Below, in pieces: positions 25,248 to 35,092 of a stretch of DNA of 64,000 nt. The translations under genes and the position numbers were made by a program. The notes below the pieces were generated by a model. That model searched no databases. It was not told where the DNA came from and was given only the letters and a program-made list of their open reading frames with translations. Source of the stretch: Sedimentisphaerales bacterium (GTDB lineage Bacteria > Planctomycetota > Phycisphaerae > Sedimentisphaerales > SM23-30); NCBI GenBank assembly GCA_963663965.2, contig CAXXFK010000015.1, positions 235,415-299,414 on the forward strand. Reading direction: 5' to 3'. The first letter of the stretch is position 1. Every line of letters begins with the position of its first letter.

Positions 25248-26495
25248 TTAATCGGAATTCAGATACTCATGTAGAATGGCAGTCGCTACACCCTGAATAA
25301 GACACTCTTCTCCTGATCGAGCCGGAATAATACGGATGGTTCGACCTTCGGAATCAAAAACCCCCTGATTTATTGCGTGATAAATCGCTTCGGATAGTTG
25401 CGGCATGATCTCGCGGCTGACATACCCCGCCAGCATAACGATATCCGGATCATAGCAATTGATTGCCATAGCGGCAACACGTGCGATATATTGAGATACA
25501 TTTTGACATAAGGCAACGGCATAGGGATCTTTATGCCGAATAGCGTTACCCCACGCTTCGATTATTTTTTCAGGGATATCTTCATTTTGCAGCGTCTGTT
25601 TAAGAACCGACTCCTGACTTTTCATATCTTGATGAATCTGCCGCGTTATTGCCGGACCAGACACATACGCCTCCAAACATCCCCGATTCCCGCAACCACA
25701 TAATGAACCATCCGGATTTATTGTTATATGACCAATCTCTCCGGTTCTTCCGGTAGCCCCTTGAGTCAGCTTTCCATCAATATAAACACTTCCTCCTACA
25801 CCGTTGGCAATATTGATGTACAACACGTTTTTGAAAGAATCCTGTTCGGCCAGGTTCATTTCCGCGAGCAATCGAACTCTCGTTGAATGGACGGTAACCA
25901 GAATATCATTAAATCGTTCCTGCACCATCGAACGCAAAGGGATATTCTTCCAGCCCAACGGGCTGGACAGATGAACTTCACCATCAGGGGTTATGGATCC
26001 GCTTAAGGTAATCCCTATGCCGATCACTTTACTCGTGTCAGTTTTATGACGACCCAGCAACCCGCGAATATTGATTTCAATCAAATCGTTAATTTGTTGC
26101 GGTAAATGCTGATCAAACGGAGAGATGGCAGAACGAACACTGTCAATCAACTGCGCGTTGAAATCGAACAACCCTACTGAAAGATGGCTTGGATTCACTT
26201 CGACGCCGATAATATACTGCCCCAGAGAATTAATACGAATCAGCACCGGTTTAGCGCCCCGTGAATGACTTTTCCCTGGTTCCTCCAATATTAATCCTTT
26301 ATCTCGTAACCGTGCTACAGTATAACTGATGGTTGAACTATTCAACCCCGTCATCTGGCATAAACTAGTCTGGGTAACCTGGCGGCTGCGATGGAGCAGG
26401 GTTAATATCTTTTTTTCGTTTCGTAAACCGGGATTTTTGGTAAATCCCTGATTCTGGTTATTATTGACCTCTGATTGTTGAGATAAATCATTCAT
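25248..26495 (-). CDS. ROK-family transcriptional regulator
   Basis: N-terminal wHTH; GEIGH...CGCGNRGCLE. Confidence 0.9.
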   Translation of the reverse strand: MNDLSQQSEVNNNQNQGFTKNPGLRNEKKILTLLHRSRQVTQTSLCQMTGLNSSTISYTVARLRDKGLILEEPGKSHSRGAKPVLIRINSLGQYIIGVEVNPSHLSVGLFDFNAQLIDSVRSAISPFDQHLPQQINDLIEINIRGLLGRHKTDTSKVIGIGITLSGSITPDGEVHLSSPLGWKNIPLRSMVQERFNDILVTVHSTRVRLLAEMNLAEQDSFKNVLYINIANGVGGSVYIDGKLTQGATGRTGEIGHITINPDGSLCGCGNRGCLEAYVSGPAITRQIHQDMKSQESVLKQTLQNEDIPEKIIEAWGNAIRHKDPYAVALCQNVSQYIARVAAMAINCYDPDIVMLAGYVSREIMPQLSEAIYHAINQGVFDSEGRTIRIIPARSGEECLIQGVATAILHEYLNSD

Positions 26496-26681
26496 AGATA
26501 GGTATGATAATTGAAAAATTACTGTAAAGCCAGTCAAAAATCATGTTGACATACAAATGTAAGTCATTAAATTACAACAAACAATAGAATAATATAATTT
26601 TTTCTTGCGAAACAAATGGTAATTGCATTATATTATCTCAAGTCTTGAGTTAATATAAATCCCAGAGGAGTTATAATTACA

Positions 26682-27947
26682 ATGAAAAAAACAAACGTAC
26701 TGGTTGCTCAATCCGGCGGCCCTACGACAGCAATTAATGCCAGCGTATGTGGTGTCATTCAAGAGGCAATATCATCAGGAAAATTTGGTAAAATCTTCGG
26801 CGCCAGCAATGGGATTTTAGGCGTTCTGAAAGAAGATCTTTTTGATATCACTGCGGAAAAAAGCGAAACGATCGCCGCTTTAATGCGTACACCGGCCGCC
26901 GCCATTGGTTCTTGCCGGTATAAATTAAAAAGCCTCGATAAATCAAAGGCGGATTACGAACGTGTATTGGATGTTTTTAAAGCCCACGATATCCACTATT
27001 TCTTTTATGCCGGTGGTAATGACTCCATGGACACCGCAGATAAAGTCAACAAACTGGCTGCCGATGCCAAATACGATCTGGTTTGCATGGGAGTTCCCAA
27101 AACGATAGACAATGACCTGGCCTTTACGGACCACTGCCCCGGTTATGGCAGCGTCGCGAAATATGTCGCCACTTGCGCCATGGAAGCCGGAAAAGATACG
27201 GAGGCGCTTTATACCACGGATACCTGTACCATCCTTGAAGTGATGGGCCGGAATGCCGGATGGATCGCTGCGGCCAGCGGCCTGGCCCAACGGGAGCCAC
27301 AAGATGCCCCCCACTTGATCTATCTGCCGGAAGTTCCGTTTGCATTCGAAAAATTGATCAGTGATGTCAAGACCGTATTACAAAACTTTAAGCGCGTTTT
27401 CATCGTCGCCGGCGAAGGCTTAAAGGATGACAACGGGCAGTACGTGACCGCGGACAGCGGAGCGTTTGGCAAAGACAGCTTTGGTCACGCCCAGTTGGGC
27501 GGTGTGGCCGAAATGCTCAAAGCGGTCATCGAAAAAGAGGTTGGCATCAAGACTCGTTTCAACAAATTAGGCACCAACCAGCGGAGCGCCATGCATTTCG
27601 CATCTTTAACCGATATTGAAGAATCCTACCAATGCGGCAGCATGGCTGTGCGGCATGCTCTCAACGGTGAAAACGGGAAAATGGTTACCCTGGTTCGAAA
27701 AGACAGTTCAACTTATGAATGTACAACCGGACTTGCCGCACTTGCCGATGTAGCCAACGGCGAAAAATTTATGCCCCGTTCTTATATTAATGCAGAAGGC
27801 AATCATATTACTCAAGCCATGAAAGACTACGTCCGCCCGCTGGTAATGGGTGAAGCGCCGGTTACCATTGGTCCGGATGGATTACCCGTCTATATGCGGT
27901 TTGAGCGGTTTCCGGTCGAAAAGAAATTACCCGAATACCATCCCTGA
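26682..27947 (+). CDS. pfp: PfkA-family phosphofructokinase, PPi-type motifs
   Basis: QSGG, GGNDS, PKTIDND, MGRNAGW. Confidence 0.85.
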   Translation: MKKTNVLVAQSGGPTTAINASVCGVIQEAISSGKFGKIFGASNGILGVLKEDLFDITAEKSETIAALMRTPAAAIGSCRYKLKSLDKSKADYERVLDVFKAHDIHYFFYAGGNDSMDTADKVNKLAADAKYDLVCMGVPKTIDNDLAFTDHCPGYGSVAKYVATCAMEAGKDTEALYTTDTCTILEVMGRNAGWIAAASGLAQREPQDAPHLIYLPEVPFAFEKLISDVKTVLQNFKRVFIVAGEGLKDDNGQYVTADSGAFGKDSFGHAQLGGVAEMLKAVIEKEVGIKTRFNKLGTNQRSAMHFASLTDIEESYQCGSMAVRHALNGENGKMVTLVRKDSSTYECTTGLAALADVANGEKFMPRSYINAEGNHITQAMKDYVRPLVMGEAPVTIGPDGLPVYMRFERFPVEKKLPEYHP

Positions 27948-27957
27948 GAGAAAGGAT

Positions 27958-28788
27958 ATGAAACTCGTGACAGATCAATTATTTGACGTATCCGGCAAAG
28001 TCGTCGCGATTACCGGTGGCGCCGGTGTTCTCTGTGCTTCCATGGCCAGAGAATTGGCTCGCCGCGAGGCTCGTGTAGCGGTCATCGACTACGACGTGAT
28101 GCGCGCCAATGAATTATGCAAGGAAATCGAATCTCAGGGCGGCATGGCGATTCCGGTCGAAGCCAACGTTCTGGATCGCGGCAAAATCCAGGAAGCCTTT
28201 GGCTGTGTCGTCGAAACCTATGGTAAAGTTGACGTATTAATCAATGGCGCCGGTGGCAATAAAAAAGAAGCGACTTGTGCTCCGCCGGTTGATTTTTTCG
28301 GTTTACCCGATGAAGCGATCCGCTGGGTTTTCGACTTGAACTGTTTGGGAACCATTATGCCCTCTCAGGTCTTCGGCCAGTATATGGCTCAGCAAGGAAG
28401 CGGCGTTATCATTAATATCGCTTCCATGAATGCCTATCGGCCATTAACCAATATCGCGGCTTACTCCGCCGCCAAAGCCGCCATTGCCAACTTTACCCAG
28501 TGGCTAGCCGTCTATATGGCACAACGTCACAATCCTGCTATCCGGGTTAATGCGATCGCACCGGGATTTTTCCTCACCCAGCAAAATCAATTCCTGCTGG
28601 TTGACGAATCCTCCGGACATTGGACCTCGCGGGGAAATACCATCATCTCTCACACACCCATGGGGCGTTTCGGCGAGCCTGATGAATTAATCGGAACGTT
28701 AATCTGGCTCATGAGTGAGGCCTCAAAGTTCGTGACGGGTATTGTCGTTCCTGTGGATGGCGGCTTCAGCGCCTTTAGCGGTGTATAA
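27958..28788 (+). CDS. uxuB: SDR oxidoreductase, D-mannonate oxidoreductase (UxuB-like)
   Basis: TGGAGVL, INGAGGN, YSAAK, APGFF; operon with uxaC. Confidence 0.7.
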   Translation: MKLVTDQLFDVSGKVVAITGGAGVLCASMARELARREARVAVIDYDVMRANELCKEIESQGGMAIPVEANVLDRGKIQEAFGCVVETYGKVDVLINGAGGNKKEATCAPPVDFFGLPDEAIRWVFDLNCLGTIMPSQVFGQYMAQQGSGVIINIASMNAYRPLTNIAAYSAAKAAIANFTQWLAVYMAQRHNPAIRVNAIAPGFFLTQQNQFLLVDESSGHWTSRGNTIISHTPMGRFGEPDELIGTLIWLMSEASKFVTGIVVPVDGGFSAFSGV

Positions 28789-28823
28789 ATTTTCAGAAAT
28801 CTTCGATAGTGAAAGGATATGAG

Positions 28824-29726
28824 ATGTCAGATCCAGCTCAAGCCCTGAAAGACTTGCAGCCCTCAAAACAATACCTCGTTGCGATCGATTCTGATGGTTG
28901 CGCGTTCGATACCATGGGCATTAAGCAACGTGAATGTTTCTGCCCCTGGATGATTGGCTATTTCGGCTTACAGCCAGTGGCACAGGCGGCACGAGAATGC
29001 AAAGATTTTGCCGACCTGTTCAGTAAAACTCGCGGAGCCAACCGCCATAAAACCATTGTGCGTATCCTGACCGAATTACTCCCAACACACCCTCAAGTGT
29101 TAGAACGCGGTTTTAAAGTGCCGGCATTCAAGTACTATTGCGAGTGGGCGAATAATCCCAAAAGTCTTCTGAGTAATGAAGGGTTGGTGGATGCTATCGA
29201 TAATGCGTTAGATCCCCACCAGAAGGCAGAACTCGAGATGGTATTGGAATGGAGCAATAAAGTCAATGATTCCATTACCGAAATCGTTAAAGGGATGCCC
29301 CCCTTCCCCTATGTCCGGGAGTGCCTGAAAAAAATCTCCCAGGTGGCTGACATCATTGTCTGTTCAGCCACCCCTAACGAAGCGCTGAACCGCGAATGGG
29401 AGGAACACGGCATCGACGGCTATGTTCGCATCATTGCCGGCCAGGAACTGGGTTCCAAGGCTCAACAACTGGCAATTATGGCCGATGGCAAATACGCTCT
29501 CGATAAAATCATCATGATCGGCGACGCCCCCGGTGACATGAAAGCGGCCCAGAGCAACAAGGTGCTTTTTTATCCGATCAATCCTGGTGATGAACCGGCC
29601 AGTTGGAAGCGCTTCCATGATGAAGCATTTGACAAATTCATGGCCGGTAATTACGCCGGCGACTATCAGGACCGGGTTATCGCCGAGTTTGACGCCTGCC
29701 TGCCCGTCGAACCCTCCTGGAAATAG
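28824..29726 (+). CDS. HAD-family hydrolase
   Basis: IDSDG, SAT, MIGDAPGD. Confidence 0.85.
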   Translation: MSDPAQALKDLQPSKQYLVAIDSDGCAFDTMGIKQRECFCPWMIGYFGLQPVAQAARECKDFADLFSKTRGANRHKTIVRILTELLPTHPQVLERGFKVPAFKYYCEWANNPKSLLSNEGLVDAIDNALDPHQKAELEMVLEWSNKVNDSITEIVKGMPPFPYVRECLKKISQVADIIVCSATPNEALNREWEEHGIDGYVRIIAGQELGSKAQQLAIMADGKYALDKIIMIGDAPGDMKAAQSNKVLFYPINPGDEPASWKRFHDEAFDKFMAGNYAGDYQDRVIAEFDACLPVEPSWK

Positions 29727-29735
29727 AGAAACCCC

Positions 29736-31037
29736 ATGCTATATTACGAACGTGGCAGCATAACGAATAACCTTACCCCTGGCGATCTGAAAACCGGGTT
29801 GTGTCAGGCACTTGATAAACTGGGCAAACGAACAAAAGTCCTGGCCATACCCCCCGACATAACACGCTATCATTCAGGCGCGGGCTATCTGACCCAATGT
29901 GCCTGGCAATATTATGGTTCGATCCTGACCGATATTCTGCCGGCGCTCGGTACCCATTATGCCATGACCGATCTGGAACGGATCAGAATGTTCGGCAATA
30001 TTCCTTCCGAACTGTTTCGTATCCATAACTGGCGTGAAGATCTGGTGACACTGGGAAAAGTTCCCGCTGAGTATCTGCAACAGGTTAGTGAAGGCCGTGT
30101 CAGCTACGATTGGCCGGCTCAAGTTAATCGAATACTGGTGGAAGGTCAGTTCGACCTGATCCTGTCTCTGGGGCAGGTGGTTCCCCATGAAGTGATTGGC
30201 ATGGCCAATTATAACAAAAACATTTTTGTAGGAACCGGTGGACAGGAAGGAATCAACAAAAGCCACTTCCTGGGCGCCGCGTATGGTATGGAACGAATTA
30301 TGGGCCGGGCCGATACCCCGGTGCGACGGGTATTAAACTATGCCTCGACGCATTTCGCCCGGGATTTGCCCATTGTTTATATACAAACCGTTGTAGGGAT
30401 GTCTGAAAACGGACTGGTCACTCGAGGTTTGTTCATTGGTGATGATATTGAATGTTTTGAGAAAGCCTCCGACTTGGCCTTGCAAGTCAATTTTACCTTG
30501 CTCGACAAGCCCATTCAGAAAGCCGTGGTCTACCTTGATCCCGCCGAATTCAAATCGACCTGGCTCGGCAACAAAAGCATTTACCGGACACGGATGGCCA
30601 TGGCTGACCAGGGCGAACTGATTGTTCTGGCGCCAGGTCTAAAAGAATTTGGAGAAGATAAAGAAATCGATCGCCTGATCCGAAAATACGGTTATGCCGG
30701 TACCCCCCGGGTTCTGAAATTAGTAGAAACCAACGATGATCTCAGGAATAATTTGAGTGCTGCCGCACATTTAATCCATGGATCTAGTGAAGGCCGTTTC
30801 AAAATCACCTATTGTCCAGGCGCTTTAACTAAACAGGAAATCGAATCGGTCCATTTCCAATATGCGGATTTAGCGGATATGCAAAAACGTTATAATCCTG
30901 AAAAATTGAAAGATGGGTACAATACTGTGGGTGGAGAAGAGATTTTCTTCATCTCTAATCCAGGTCTGGGCCTGTGGTCTACTCGAGACCGTTTTCACAA
31001 CAACTTATCAACAAACAGAATTATGGATAAACCATAA
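29736..31037 (+). CDS. LarA-family epimerase (probable mannonate/gluconate 2-epimerase)
   Basis: PPDITR, ALGTH, HNW, VVPHE; hexuronate context. Confidence 0.7.
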   Translation: MLYYERGSITNNLTPGDLKTGLCQALDKLGKRTKVLAIPPDITRYHSGAGYLTQCAWQYYGSILTDILPALGTHYAMTDLERIRMFGNIPSELFRIHNWREDLVTLGKVPAEYLQQVSEGRVSYDWPAQVNRILVEGQFDLILSLGQVVPHEVIGMANYNKNIFVGTGGQEGINKSHFLGAAYGMERIMGRADTPVRRVLNYASTHFARDLPIVYIQTVVGMSENGLVTRGLFIGDDIECFEKASDLALQVNFTLLDKPIQKAVVYLDPAEFKSTWLGNKSIYRTRMAMADQGELIVLAPGLKEFGEDKEIDRLIRKYGYAGTPRVLKLVETNDDLRNNLSAAAHLIHGSSEGRFKITYCPGALTKQEIESVHFQYADLADMQKRYNPEKLKDGYNTVGGEEIFFISNPGLGLWSTRDRFHNNLSTNRIMDKP

Positions 31038-31066
31038 ACTACAATAATCCTTCAGAGGAGTTAACT

Positions 31067-32518
31067 ATGAAAAAAGCCGATATAGCCGTCGTAGGTCTTG
31101 CCGTAATGGGTGAAAATTTGATTTTAAATATGGAAAGCAAAGGCTTTACTGTCGCCTGCTACAATCGAACCGTGTCTAAAGTCGATGACTTTATGAATGG
31201 CCGGGCCAAAGGCAAAAATATTATTGGCTGTAAAAGTCCTGAAGAACTGGTTGCCTCTCTGGCTTCTCCTCGAAAAATCATGATCATGGTAAAGGCGGGG
31301 GCGCCCGTTGATGCCTTCATTGAACAGATTCTACCGCTGCTCGACGATGGCGATATCCTGATCGATGGCGGTAACAGTCATTTTCCCGATACGGTTCGCC
31401 GTACGGACTATGTGGAAAGCAAGGGCAAATTGTATATCGGCACCGGTGTCTCCGGTGGCGAAGAAGGCGCGCTGCTGGGCCCGTCCATCATGCCGGGTGG
31501 TTCACCGGCCGCATGGCAACATGTTAAACCGATTTTTCAGAAAATCGCTGCTCAGACCGATTCCGGCGAGCCCTGTTGTGATTGGGTGGGCGAAAACGGC
31601 GCCGGCCATTTTGTCAAAATGGTTCATAACGGTATCGAATACGGCGATATGCAGATGATCTGCGAAACGTATCAGATGATGAAACACGGGCTTGGACTCA
31701 CCAACGATAAAATGCATGAAGTGTTCTCCGCATGGAATCAAGGCGAACTCGATTCTTACTTGATTGAAATTACCCGGGATATCCTTGCTTATCGCGATGA
31801 GGAGGGACAGGCGACTCTGGATCTTATTCTCGACACCGCCGGCCAGAAAGGTACGGGTAAATGGACTGCCGTTGCTGCGCTTGACACGGGTCAGCCTTTA
31901 ACCCTGGTAACCGAAGCGGTTTTCGCGCGTTGCCTGTCCGCAATAAAAGGTGAGCGTGTCAACGCCGCCAAAGTCCTGAACGGCCCCGGCAAAGTCTTCC
32001 AGGGCGATAAAAAACAAATGATTGATGATCTGCGTCAAGCCTTATATGCGTCAAAAATAGTCAGTTACGCACAAGGCTACCAGTTGATGCGGGCCGCGGC
32101 AGAAGAATACCAATGGAATCTCAATTATGGTGGCATTGCCCTGATGTGGCGTGGCGGTTGCATTATTCGTTCTGCCTTCCTGGGTAAAATCAAAGAGGCC
32201 TTTGATCAGAATCCTCAATTATGTAACTTGCTGTTGGATCCCTTCTTCCAGCAGGCCGTCACCAACGCGCAGGCCGCCTGGCGCCGCGTCGTTATTGCCG
32301 CGGTGGATATGGGTATCCCCATGCCGGCCATCAGTTCCGCTCTGGCTTATTACGATGGCTATCGTAGCGAAAGACTTCCCGCTAATCTGCTTCAGGCACA
32401 ACGTGACTATTTCGGCGCCCATACCTATGAACGCGTCGATAAACCTCGTGGTGAATTTTTCCACACCAACTGGACCGGCAGAGGCGGTACAACATCTGCG
32501 TCAACTTATATTGTTTAA
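31067..32518 (+). CDS. gnd: 6-phosphogluconate dehydrogenase, decarboxylating
   Basis: [23 protein letters not shown]. Confidence 0.97.
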   Translation: MKKADIAVVGLAVMGENLILNMESKGFTVACYNRTVSKVDDFMNGRAKGKNIIGCKSPEELVASLASPRKIMIMVKAGAPVDAFIEQILPLLDDGDILIDGGNSHFPDTVRRTDYVESKGKLYIGTGVSGGEEGALLGPSIMPGGSPAAWQHVKPIFQKIAAQTDSGEPCCDWVGENGAGHFVKMVHNGIEYGDMQMICETYQMMKHGLGLTNDKMHEVFSAWNQGELDSYLIEITRDILAYRDEEGQATLDLILDTAGQKGTGKWTAVAALDTGQPLTLVTEAVFARCLSAIKGERVNAAKVLNGPGKVFQGDKKQMIDDLRQALYASKIVSYAQGYQLMRAAAEEYQWNLNYGGIALMWRGGCIIRSAFLGKIKEAFDQNPQLCNLLLDPFFQQAVTNAQAAWRRVVIAAVDMGIPMPAISSALAYYDGYRSERLPANLLQAQRDYFGAHTYERVDKPRGEFFHTNWTGRGGTTSASTYIV

Positions 32519-32541
32519 AAAGATAAGGACAATCTTCAGCC

Positions 32542-33945
32542 ATGAATTTCATTCACGATAATTTTCTGCTGCGGAACAAAACGGCGCAAACCCTCTATCA
32601 TGACTATGCCGAGAATATGCCCATCTTTGATTATCACTGCCATATTCCCCCGCAACAAGTGGCTGATGATGTCCAGTTTGAAACGATCACACAGATCTGG
32701 CTGTATGGCGACCATTATAAATGGCGGGCCATGCGCTCTAATGGCGTCAGTGAGCGCTTTTGTACCGGCGACGCGAGTGACTGTGAAAAATTCGAACAAT
32801 GGGCTCATACCGTTCCACATACCCTGAGAAATCCATTATATCACTGGACTCATCTCGAGTTGAAACGTTATTTTGGTATCGATGATCTGCTGGGGCCGGA
32901 TACCTGCTGTCAGATATACGATCACTGCAACCAAATGCTGAACACCCCGGATTTTTCAACCCGCAATATCTTGCGTCGTTCCAATGTAAAAGCCATCTGT
33001 ACCACCGATGATCCGCTGGACAGCCTGGAGTATCATGCAAAAATCAAGAATGACCATTTCGAGATAAAAGTCCTGCCCACCTGGCGGCCGGACAAGGCCA
33101 TGGCCACCAACAACATCCCCGGTCTGAATCGATGGATCGACAATTTGGCGGATCTGGCCGCAATCGACATTACTGATTTCAACCGATATCTGGAAGCCAT
33201 CCAGTTACGACATGACTTTTTTCATGCCCATGGATGCCGCCTGAGCGACCATGGTCTGGATACCGCCTATGCCGAAGATTACAACGCAAACGACATCGAA
33301 TCCATATTTCAAAGCATCCGCAAAAACCAGACACTGTCTATCCTCCAGCATCGCCAGTTCCGTTCTGCCATGCTTTATGAATTCGGCAAAATGGACCATG
33401 CCCGCGCCTGGACTCAACAATATCATATCGGTGCCCTGCGTAACAACAATACTCGGTTGTATCAGGAACTCGGCCCGGATACTGGCTTCGATTCGATCGG
33501 CGATTTGGAAATCGCCCTTCCCTTGTCAAAAATGCTTGACCGGTTGGACCAGACCAATCAACTGGCGAAGACGATCCTCTATAATCTGAACCCTCGCGAT
33601 AATGAGTTACTGGCTACCATGATCGGCAATTTCCAGGATGGCTCCTGTCCCGGGAAAATGCAATATGGCAGTGGCTGGTGGTTCCTCGACCAGAAAGATG
33701 GCATGATAAATCAGATCAATACCCTGTCTAACCTGGGGTTACTCAGCCGTTTTGTAGGTATGCTGACCGATTCTCGAAGCTTCCTGTCCTACCCCCGACA
33801 TGAATATTTTCGCCGCATTCTATGTAATATTATCGGCAACGATGTTGAAAACGGCGAATTGCCATCCGACATAAACCTGCTGGGCGCTATGGTCCAGAAT
33901 ATCTGTTTTAACAATGCCAGAAACTATTTTGGTATTGAAATATAA
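32542..33945 (+). CDS. uxaC: Uronate isomerase
   Basis: DYHCH, GDHYKWR, GWWFLDQ, GMLTDSRSFLSYPRHEYFRR. Confidence 0.97.
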   Translation: MNFIHDNFLLRNKTAQTLYHDYAENMPIFDYHCHIPPQQVADDVQFETITQIWLYGDHYKWRAMRSNGVSERFCTGDASDCEKFEQWAHTVPHTLRNPLYHWTHLELKRYFGIDDLLGPDTCCQIYDHCNQMLNTPDFSTRNILRRSNVKAICTTDDPLDSLEYHAKIKNDHFEIKVLPTWRPDKAMATNNIPGLNRWIDNLADLAAIDITDFNRYLEAIQLRHDFFHAHGCRLSDHGLDTAYAEDYNANDIESIFQSIRKNQTLSILQHRQFRSAMLYEFGKMDHARAWTQQYHIGALRNNNTRLYQELGPDTGFDSIGDLEIALPLSKMLDRLDQTNQLAKTILYNLNPRDNELLATMIGNFQDGSCPGKMQYGSGWWFLDQKDGMINQINTLSNLGLLSRFVGMLTDSRSFLSYPRHEYFRRILCNIIGNDVENGELPSDINLLGAMVQNICFNNARNYFGIEI

Positions 33946-33947
33946 CC

Positions 33948-34679
33948 TTATTTAATTAATGAAATTCTTCGGGAAATGTTATTGCTATATAACTGATAAG
34001 GTGATCTTAATTCGTTCCCAGTCATCCCTTGATAAATTGGCATGGAATTTGGCTTACTTACCAAAAGTGAATTGGTTGACTCAGTGGAAACTTGTCTATA
34101 AGAATTCAGAAAATTCCTTGGTTGCAAAGAGGGCAGGTATTTGGTTTCATCTTGAAGTATTGCATGGCTCACGTTATCCCTGGCCGGCATGATATTGTTA
34201 AGATTAGGGTTATAATTAATGGGCAACCGGTTCCTGGTTTGAATCACTCTGGATTCGGGATATCGGGGAGTTGATGAGACGTAATTTTTAAAACTTGATA
34301 TGCCATTTGAATACGGATTTTGCGTTGAAGCCAATAAATTCGCAGATATTCGTGTACTGGTCCTGGATCTAAGTGGAGGATTAGCGGCTAAAGGGGGTGT
34401 ATAGCCGCGTGCGGCACTTGAGCCCAAAATTGTATTAAAATTTCTATTCTCTGTATATCTTAATGGATTCGGCATGGATCGGTTTTGAAAAGTTTCAGGT
34501 AAACCATAAGAATAGGTTCTGAACAGCGAATTGGCCCCTGTGCCTACTGATACCCGAGGTGCCTGCACAGAACCCTGTGAGATAGAATTCCCAAATACTT
34601 GCGCTGATACATCAGCAGTAAGTATGAAAAGTAGACTTATGAAAACAAATAAAACAAAATGTCTTTTCATATAATTCAT
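33948..34679 (-). CDS. Hypothetical exported low-complexity protein
   Basis: Signal peptide MKRHFVLFVF...VSA; S/N/R/P-rich. Confidence 0.55.
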   Translation of the reverse strand: MNYMKRHFVLFVFISLLFILTADVSAQVFGNSISQGSVQAPRVSVGTGANSLFRTYSYGLPETFQNRSMPNPLRYTENRNFNTILGSSAARGYTPPLAANPPLRSRTSTRISANLLASTQNPYSNGISSFKNYVSSTPRYPESRVIQTRNRLPINYNPNLNNIMPARDNVSHAILQDETKYLPSLQPRNFLNSYRQVSTESTNSLLVSKPNSMPIYQGMTGNELRSPYQLYSNNISRRISLIK

Positions 34680-34884
34680 TCCAGTAACTTCCAAAACTAC
34701 AATTTTATTATACGATATTAATCTATTTGAATCAAATAGAAACATGTTTTTTGATCCACACCCAAAACCCGCCATAACTCGTTACTATACAATTATTTAC
34801 AATTACAACATCCAGATTGTTTCATTTTGTCTCCTACCGATAATTATCATATATAAAATAACTCTCAATATCTGATTAGATATA

Positions 34885-34913
34885 TTGACTGATTGGGTTA
34901 ATATAGCTATAAT
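34885..34913 (+). promoter_or_regulatory. trp operon promoter
   Basis: TTGACT-17-TATAAT. Confidence 0.8.
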
Positions 34914-34920
34914 AATGGGC

Positions 34921-34998
34921 ATGATTAATATTTTAGAAATTAATTCAAACAATTATTGGTGGTGGCGAAATTGGCAGACTGGCGGGTCTGGCGAATAG
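34921..34998 (+). CDS. trpL: trp leader peptide (absent from ORF track)
   Basis: MINILEINSNNYWWWRNWQTGGSGE; three tandem Trp codons plus one. Confidence 0.88.
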   Translation: MINILEINSNNYWWWRNWQTGGSGE

Positions 34999-35029
34999 CG
35001 CCTCGTTTATAGACACAAAATACCGAAAG

Positions 35030-35069
35030 AACCGCAGTCTGTTGAACCTGTCAGACTGCGGTTTTTTTT
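35030..35069 (+). terminator. trp attenuator terminator
   Basis: AACCGCAGTCTG/CAGACTGCGG then T8; competing sequence CAGACTGGCGG at 34975. Confidence 0.88.
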
Positions 35070-35092
35070 CTTACACACAAGGAGTCCCAACG

